Assembly: GCA_963784355.1 (NCBI GenBank)
Contig: CAWAQU010000005.1
Span: forward strand, 1-52,477
DNA: 52,477 nt
Direction of reading: 5' to 3'
DNA from: an uncultured bacterium
GTDB taxonomy: Bacteria > Patescibacteriota > JACMRA01
How positions within the stretch are numbered: the first letter of the stretch is position 1; each line of letters starts with the position of its first letter. This document shows, piece by piece, positions 47,483-52,477 of the stretch. Made by a program: the position numbers and the translations under genes. The notes under the pieces are model-generated. The model made no database searches, was not told the origin of the DNA, and saw only the letters and a program-made list of their open reading frames with translations.

Positions 47483-49567
47483 TTATTCTTGTATTAAATC
47501 TTGAATAAAATCTTGCATTCCCTGAAAATTAGGAGTATAATCCTTTTTTAATTCAAATTCGAAATTAATTATTTTTTTATAAACTGTGGTAATAACTTTT
47601 TTGAGATTCTCTGCTTCAAAGTCATCAATACCTGTAGCTAAATTTTTAATTTCCTGATCCTTATTGCTAATTTCCAAAAATTCCAAACAGCCCTCATTTA
47701 CCCTGTATCTACCGGCAAAGTCTCTTGAATTTTCTACTAAAACTTTGTAAAATACGAGCTGCCTTTTGTATCTATCTAGTTTGATTTTTTCGTTTTCACT
47801 ATTTGTTTTCCAATTGTCATAAGCTTTTCCCGTTTTCAAATCCACGACTAAAAATTCTTTATTTTCCATAAGCCTGATTTTATCAATTTTCCCGGTAATC
47901 TTGGCCTCACCAATCAAGACATTTTGGCTGTTAAAATCAAATTCTATATAATCTTGAGGTCTAAATAACTCCTTTTTATTTTCGAAATATGCTTTTAGAT
48001 TTAGCTTACCTTTATTTAAATAATCATCAAAATCTTTTCTGTTTAAACATTCAACAGCTAGTGCATCTTCAAATGCGTCTAATAGAAAATTTAGATTTGG
48101 TAATATGTTATGAGCTCTAAATTGCCTATAAAATCTTTCTAAAGCTGAGTGCATTGCAGATCCATAACGAGCTGAGGGTGTTTTGCTTTGAGGGAAGCGA
48201 AGTAGATTTTGTTCCAAAAATTTCTGCGGTCCGCCTTGGCTGATATCCAAAAAATTGTTTAGATGAGTTACGCTCAGTTTGTAATTTTCCAGAATTGGCT
48301 TGATAAAAGATTTTTCTTCAAGAGTGAGTTTTCTTTGTATGCTGGATTTCATCCATATTTGCAACGACTCAACTTGTTCAGGAACCTCGATATCACTTTC
48401 TGCAGGTAGATCAATACCTTCTAAAAAGCTGAGTTTTTCTAATGATTTGCCTTCTTCACTAGTATTATACGAAGTTAAATAAAGATATTTTTTGCTCCTT
48501 GTGATGGCTACATAAAACAATCTTAGAGCGTCATTTGTGTTTTCATTTTTGGGTAAAAGCGATAGGTTTGAAGGTGTGCCTATTTTATTGCTTAACCCTC
48601 TACCGTTCCAATCTCTTTCCAGACAATCAATTGTAAAAACATGTTCAAATTCAAGCCCTTTGGCTTTGTGTGCGGTAAGCAAGCAGACTGTTTGTTTTTT
48701 TTGATTAAAAACACTATTGTCGATTAGAGGGAAGCCATTTTGCTCCATTAATTCTACAAATTCCAATACATCCGGAACCATTAATAACTCTTTATTTTTA
48801 TATCTTCTAATAGCAGAAAAAAATACTTTTAAGCCAGATAAAAATGTAAAATACTCAGATTTATCCGTACCGTAGTTACTGTCAAAATAATACCATTTAT
48901 AAGGTGAAATATATTTGGTAATGCACTTTTTTTTGTCTGTGTCAGAAATTTCTACTACATTTAAAATGCCTTTATCAGGGTTGTAGCTGACTCTTTTTGT
49001 TTCCTCACTAAGGTCATCTTCTTCATCTTCATTGTCAGGCAAATCTACTTCTCGAGCGATACCCATGATTTCATCTAAAATTTGTTCCGCAGTACAGTCT
49101 ACTTTTAATTTTGCTAATTCTCTCAAAAAATCAGCTATTTTATTTACCTCTTTATCGTCAAAAGCTTCCATCACTTCTAGCCAACTTTTACGTTCTTTAG
49201 AAGAAGTCTGTGAAATTTGATAGATTATTAAATTGGGTAATCTCCAGAAGGGGTAGCTTAAAATTTCTGGAAGTAGCTCTTGTTTTTCACTATCCTTAGA
49301 TTGATTTAAACTATCTATAAACTTTAAAATATTGATGATTTGCTTTATAAAAGTTTTTTCAAGAACGCTTTCCCTTCTCTCATAGTTCATTGGAATATTC
49401 ATCTGATGAAATACTTTTACAGCTTCCTGTAAATTAGCATGCTTGCGTCCTATAACAGCAATTTCTTCAGGATCTACACCATCATGTATGAGTTTTTTGA
49501 CTTTTCTGGCAACCCAAACTATCTCTTCTAGTTTACTATCAAAGTTGTTATGAAAAACCGGCATCAT
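47483..49567 (-). CDS. C-terminal half of a UvrD/AddA-like helicase fused to a PD-(D/E)XK nuclease; lacks the N-terminal ATPase domain
   Basis: IAVIGR, LTAHKAKGLEF, LRLFYVAITRSK, LSVTHLNNF, YGSAMH, GKIDKI, VVDLKTG, QLVFY; no Walker A or DExQD; in-frame TAG shortly upstream. Confidence 0.85.
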   Translation of the reverse strand: MMPVFHNNFDSKLEEIVWVARKVKKLIHDGVDPEEIAVIGRKHANLQEAVKVFHQMNIPMNYERRESVLEKTFIKQIINILKFIDSLNQSKDSEKQELLPEILSYPFWRLPNLIIYQISQTSSKERKSWLEVMEAFDDKEVNKIADFLRELAKLKVDCTAEQILDEIMGIAREVDLPDNEDEEDDLSEETKRVSYNPDKGILNVVEISDTDKKKCITKYISPYKWYYFDSNYGTDKSEYFTFLSGLKVFFSAIRRYKNKELLMVPDVLEFVELMEQNGFPLIDNSVFNQKKQTVCLLTAHKAKGLEFEHVFTIDCLERDWNGRGLSNKIGTPSNLSLLPKNENTNDALRLFYVAITRSKKYLYLTSYNTSEEGKSLEKLSFLEGIDLPAESDIEVPEQVESLQIWMKSSIQRKLTLEEKSFIKPILENYKLSVTHLNNFLDISQGGPQKFLEQNLLRFPQSKTPSARYGSAMHSALERFYRQFRAHNILPNLNFLLDAFEDALAVECLNRKDFDDYLNKGKLNLKAYFENKKELFRPQDYIEFDFNSQNVLIGEAKITGKIDKIRLMENKEFLVVDLKTGKAYDNWKTNSENEKIKLDRYKRQLVFYKVLVENSRDFAGRYRVNEGCLEFLEISNKDQEIKNLATGIDDFEAENLKKVITTVYKKIINFEFELKKDYTPNFQGMQDFIQDLIQE

Positions 49568-49769
49568 ACTAGAATTTAAGCATAAATCATCTTTTGGCAA
49601 GACAGAAAACTTAGTTTTGATCTAAAACATGCTAACATTTTTTTACCTGAAAACAAACAGGTACAGGCTTTAATAATTTTTGACGTACCTCTTTCAGTAT
49701 ACTAAAATGCTGCAAAACTTACCCAACGTTAACTTATAAATGACGACGACCTTAAATCCGCGCTATGAG

Positions 49770-49798
49770 TTTACAAAAAAATAAAAGCAGGTTATAAT
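49770..49798 (+). promoter_or_regulatory. Putative sigma70 promoter
   Basis: TTTACA-17 nt-TATAAT, about 165 nt upstream of ATG 49964. Confidence 0.6.
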
Positions 49799-49963
49799 AA
49801 TGGTATATTACCACCAGGTAAACAAACAAAAAGTATATTGCTCTAAAAAAGTTATACACAGCAAGCCCAAAACAACCTAAAACCAGCTTAGTAACAAATA
49901 CAAGCCCAGCTTAAATAAAAATAAAAATACATACAAAAACAAACACAAAAACAAATAACGCAT

Positions 49964-52477
49964 ATGAAGAAAACAAATCCTTTTTTTAAAGTTTCAAAAC
50001 TAATAGTTAAAATAAAAAGTAGACTAGAAGGTAAATTAAAATTAAAAAGTAAGTTTGAAGATAAGTTTACTGGAAAGTATAAATGGTTAGTAAAGAGACC
50101 TGCAGTTTTTACTCTAATTACTACTTTACTTTTTTCTTTAGTACTTGGAGCTGGATTGTTTGTGTTAAATGATAAGTTGCAAGTAAGAAAGGATGCAAGG
50201 GCTAGTTATAATGTGCCGGCGGTGGATAAGCCCTGTGTTTTTCGTTGGGATTCAATTTTTGTAACCACTGACCAAGGCTCTAAGACAGTTATTCAAAATT
50301 GGGGGAGAGTGTATCATACATCGCATTTAGATTATAATCCTACTGGTTATCTTCTTAATACACTTTACTTTAACAATGACCCTTTAAATGCTACAAGTTT
50401 TGATAGAACCAAACCTGATCGCTATAATATTTTTCAGTATAATAGCGTTGAAATAATTAAAGATAGTGGCTTACTTAAAATCAACGCTTCTCAAACAAGA
50501 AATGGCCCTATTGATTATATAATGTATCTTCCGGTAAGTTTAGGGAATAATAAGGACGAGGCAACGGCGTCAATTTTAACAGAAGGATACGCGTGTGCTC
50601 CTGATGCAGTTACCAATCTAAGCGTAAGTGAAAAACCTGATGGTAATATCATTGCCAATTGGAGTAATCCTGGAAACAGCGATCTTGGTGGTGAACCTAA
50701 AATGTTTCATTTAGAATGCTCTACAGATCAGCAAAGCTGGCTCGGGTGCGGTCAACAAGTACCAGGATCTTCTAATGTAGTACTCTCAGGCTTGAAGCCA
50801 GGAACTAACTATTTTAGAGTATCGAGTATCAATCAAACTAATTTATACAGCAAACCATCAAATGTTGTTTCTGCCACTTACCGTTCTAGGCCTGATAAGG
50901 TAAATAATTTAGCCGCATCATATGATGGTACTAAAATCAATCTTACTTGGAATACCCCTGCTGATAACTCTTCACCCATAACTGGATATGAAGTTAAGTA
51001 CACTCTTGATGGAACTACCTGGAATACTCATTCAACGGTTACCAATACTAGTTTAGTTATTGATGATTCTACTAGTTTTCCGGTAGGTAATTATGCGTTT
51101 AAAGTTATCGCTAAAAATATTTTAGGTGATAGTGGGGATTCTAATTTTGCAATTTTGAAAAATCCTAATAATCCAGAGAGTTTTAATCTTAATTTGAAGT
51201 ATGAAGATGGTACGGTGTTTGGTTGGGGGGCAAATTCACCAGATTTATTTGAAATGTCCCAACTATGCATGTCGGATCAGGATACTTCCAGTCCAACTGA
51301 GGTAAATAGTCTTAAAGGTAAAAAAATTAAACAAATTGCTGTAGATACGGGTACTAGCGATACCACCTTGTTTCTCTCAGAAGATGGTAAAGTATATAGT
51401 TGTGGATATAATTACTCTGGAGTACTTGGAAGAGGTGTTCTTTATAGAAATTATAGTGGTTTTACCATACCTGACCACGCCTTAACTCTTAATGAATTTA
51501 TACAAACATCAAGCGAACCTAAAGAAATCACAACCATAAATTTTAAAGACAGAGAATACGCTACAGATATTGATCTTGCAGGAGGTATGGCTATTGCTCT
51601 GACAAATATAGGAAGGGTTATGTTCTGGGGAAACGGTTATACATGTCTTATGGGAGTCGGTGATCAATGTGATTACTATGATAGTAGTGTACCTCGAGAA
51701 TTATTATACAAATCCGGCGGAGCGAAAATTGCTGGCAATATTACTCAAATTGCTGCAAATGAAAACAACGCCATACTTTTAAACGACCAGGGCGAAGTTT
51801 GGACTACTTGCTATGAGTGTACTGTAAACGGCAGCGTTAAACAAAGTAGTACAGAAGGTTCAGCTCCAGCACTTATTAAAGTTGAGGGTATTGATGATAT
51901 AGTAAAAGTCGTAGGCGCTGGATACAATGGCATATTAGGGTTAAAACTAGACGGCACTTTGTGGACTTTAGGAGGTGGTCAGCCAGTAGATAGATACAAC
52001 CCCCCTGTTTTTGGAGTTGGTCAAGAAGGTCCGGTTACCTCACCTACTCAAATTAATTTTAATGGAAGAAAAATAAAGGACTTCGAGTGTGATGTCAGTA
52101 AATGTATAGCTACAGATGAGCTTGGAAAAGTTTGGATTTGGGGAAGAGATGTAATTGTTCCGGGCTCAGATATTCCGGAATCACAATCACCACCAAGTTT
52201 TAACGCACCAGTTGAGATACCATCTTCTGTTTTTGGAGCACAAAAAATTGATAAAGTAAACGTATCTAGAGCACCACAATTTGGTGGAGCTGCTGGATAC
52301 ATTGTTGTTGATGAAAATGGAGAATCCTGGGTTTGGGGTAGTAATGCAAAGGGTCTTGGCTTTCCTGATTCTTCTACATATAATACAACCCCCTACAAAG
52401 TACCCGACGTTGGATACAGTGGCTCAAACAGCACTTCTTATTTGAAAAATCCCAGCGTTATTCACCAAGGTTTGATT
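49964..52477 (+). CDS. Large surface protein, 5' part: TM/signal, 2x fibronectin type III, RCC1/BLIP-II-like repeats (runs off the window)
   Basis: Not in the ORF track because no stop is reached. Manual translation from ATG 49964: MKKTNPF..., TM, APDAVTNL..W.NP..LKPG..YFRV, PDKVNNL..LTWNTP..PITGYEV, then DGTVFGWGAN, DGKVYSCGYN..GVLG, GRVMFWG, GEVWT, DGTLWTLG, GKVWIWG, GESWVWGSN. Confidence 0.88.
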   Translation, partial: MKKTNPFFKVSKLIVKIKSRLEGKLKLKSKFEDKFTGKYKWLVKRPAVFTLITTLLFSLVLGAGLFVLNDKLQVRKDARASYNVPAVDKPCVFRWDSIFVTTDQGSKTVIQNWGRVYHTSHLDYNPTGYLLNTLYFNNDPLNATSFDRTKPDRYNIFQYNSVEIIKDSGLLKINASQTRNGPIDYIMYLPVSLGNNKDEATASILTEGYACAPDAVTNLSVSEKPDGNIIANWSNPGNSDLGGEPKMFHLECSTDQQSWLGCGQQVPGSSNVVLSGLKPGTNYFRVSSINQTNLYSKPSNVVSATYRSRPDKVNNLAASYDGTKINLTWNTPADNSSPITGYEVKYTLDGTTWNTHSTVTNTSLVIDDSTSFPVGNYAFKVIAKNILGDSGDSNFAILKNPNNPESFNLNLKYEDGTVFGWGANSPDLFEMSQLCMSDQDTSSPTEVNSLKGKKIKQIAVDTGTSDTTLFLSEDGKVYSCGYNYSGVLGRGVLYRNYSGFTIPDHALTLNEFIQTSSEPKEITTINFKDREYATDIDLAGGMAIALTNIGRVMFWGNGYTCLMGVGDQCDYYDSSVPRELLYKSGGAKIAGNITQIAANENNAILLNDQGEVWTTCYECTVNGSVKQSSTEGSAPALIKVEGIDDIVKVVGAGYNGILGLKLDGTLWTLGGGQPVDRYNPPVFGVGQEGPVTSPTQINFNGRKIKDFECDVSKCIATDELGKVWIWGRDVIVPGSDIPESQSPPSFNAPVEIPSSVFGAQKIDKVNVSRAPQFGGAAGYIVVDENGESWVWGSNAKGLGFPDSSTYNTTPYKVPDVGYSGSNSTSYLKNPSVIHQGLI

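Noticed and set aside
49852-49860. DnaA-box match TTATACACA
   Set aside because: A single box with no cluster and no dnaA/dnaN; expected by chance in AT-rich DNA.
52048-52302. 84-aa minus-strand ORF
   Set aside because: Antisense to the open FN3/RCC1 gene.
1-52477. Alternative genetic code (TGA=Gly, as in Gracilibacteria)
   Set aside because: Long conserved genes (dnaK, tuf, glyS) are intact under the standard code and the truncated genes are not explained by TGA, so no recoding is needed to read this window.

Overview
AT-rich bacterial chromosome segment, most likely Patescibacteria/CPR. This assignment is inference from the alpha2-type GlyRS, A/T-rich leaders without clear SD sites, a VirB6/TrbL-like locus and many membrane-anchored hypothetical proteins. 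The left 17.8 kb is a tightly packed minus-strand cluster. It encodes a 2277-aa membrane-anchored protein with about 7 predicted peptidoglycan-cleaving domains (one encoded twice by a 592-bp direct repeat), two paralogous anchored proteins, a 1621-aa Cys-rich VirB6/TrbL-like membrane protein, a Q/P/N-rich protein, a 646-aa soluble paralog of the VirB6-like cytoplasmic tail, and htpX. I read this as a candidate cell-wall-breaching contact apparatus. The middle holds dnaK with a CIRCE element and an unusual split ABC exporter region: four stand-alone paralogous TMD genes, one stand-alone NBD gene and a 23-bp palindromic motif repeated three times at gene junctions. The right part holds recF, an ABC-2 pair, glyS, a frameshifted HAD gene, mscL, rseP, an N-terminally truncated ligA, tRNA-Ser(GGA), tuf, gatD, a WxL/DUF916-like pair, an N-terminally truncated UvrD-nuclease gene and the 5' part of a large FN3+RCC1-repeat surface protein that is absent from the ORF track. 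All domain calls are by-eye motif recognition; no searches were run.
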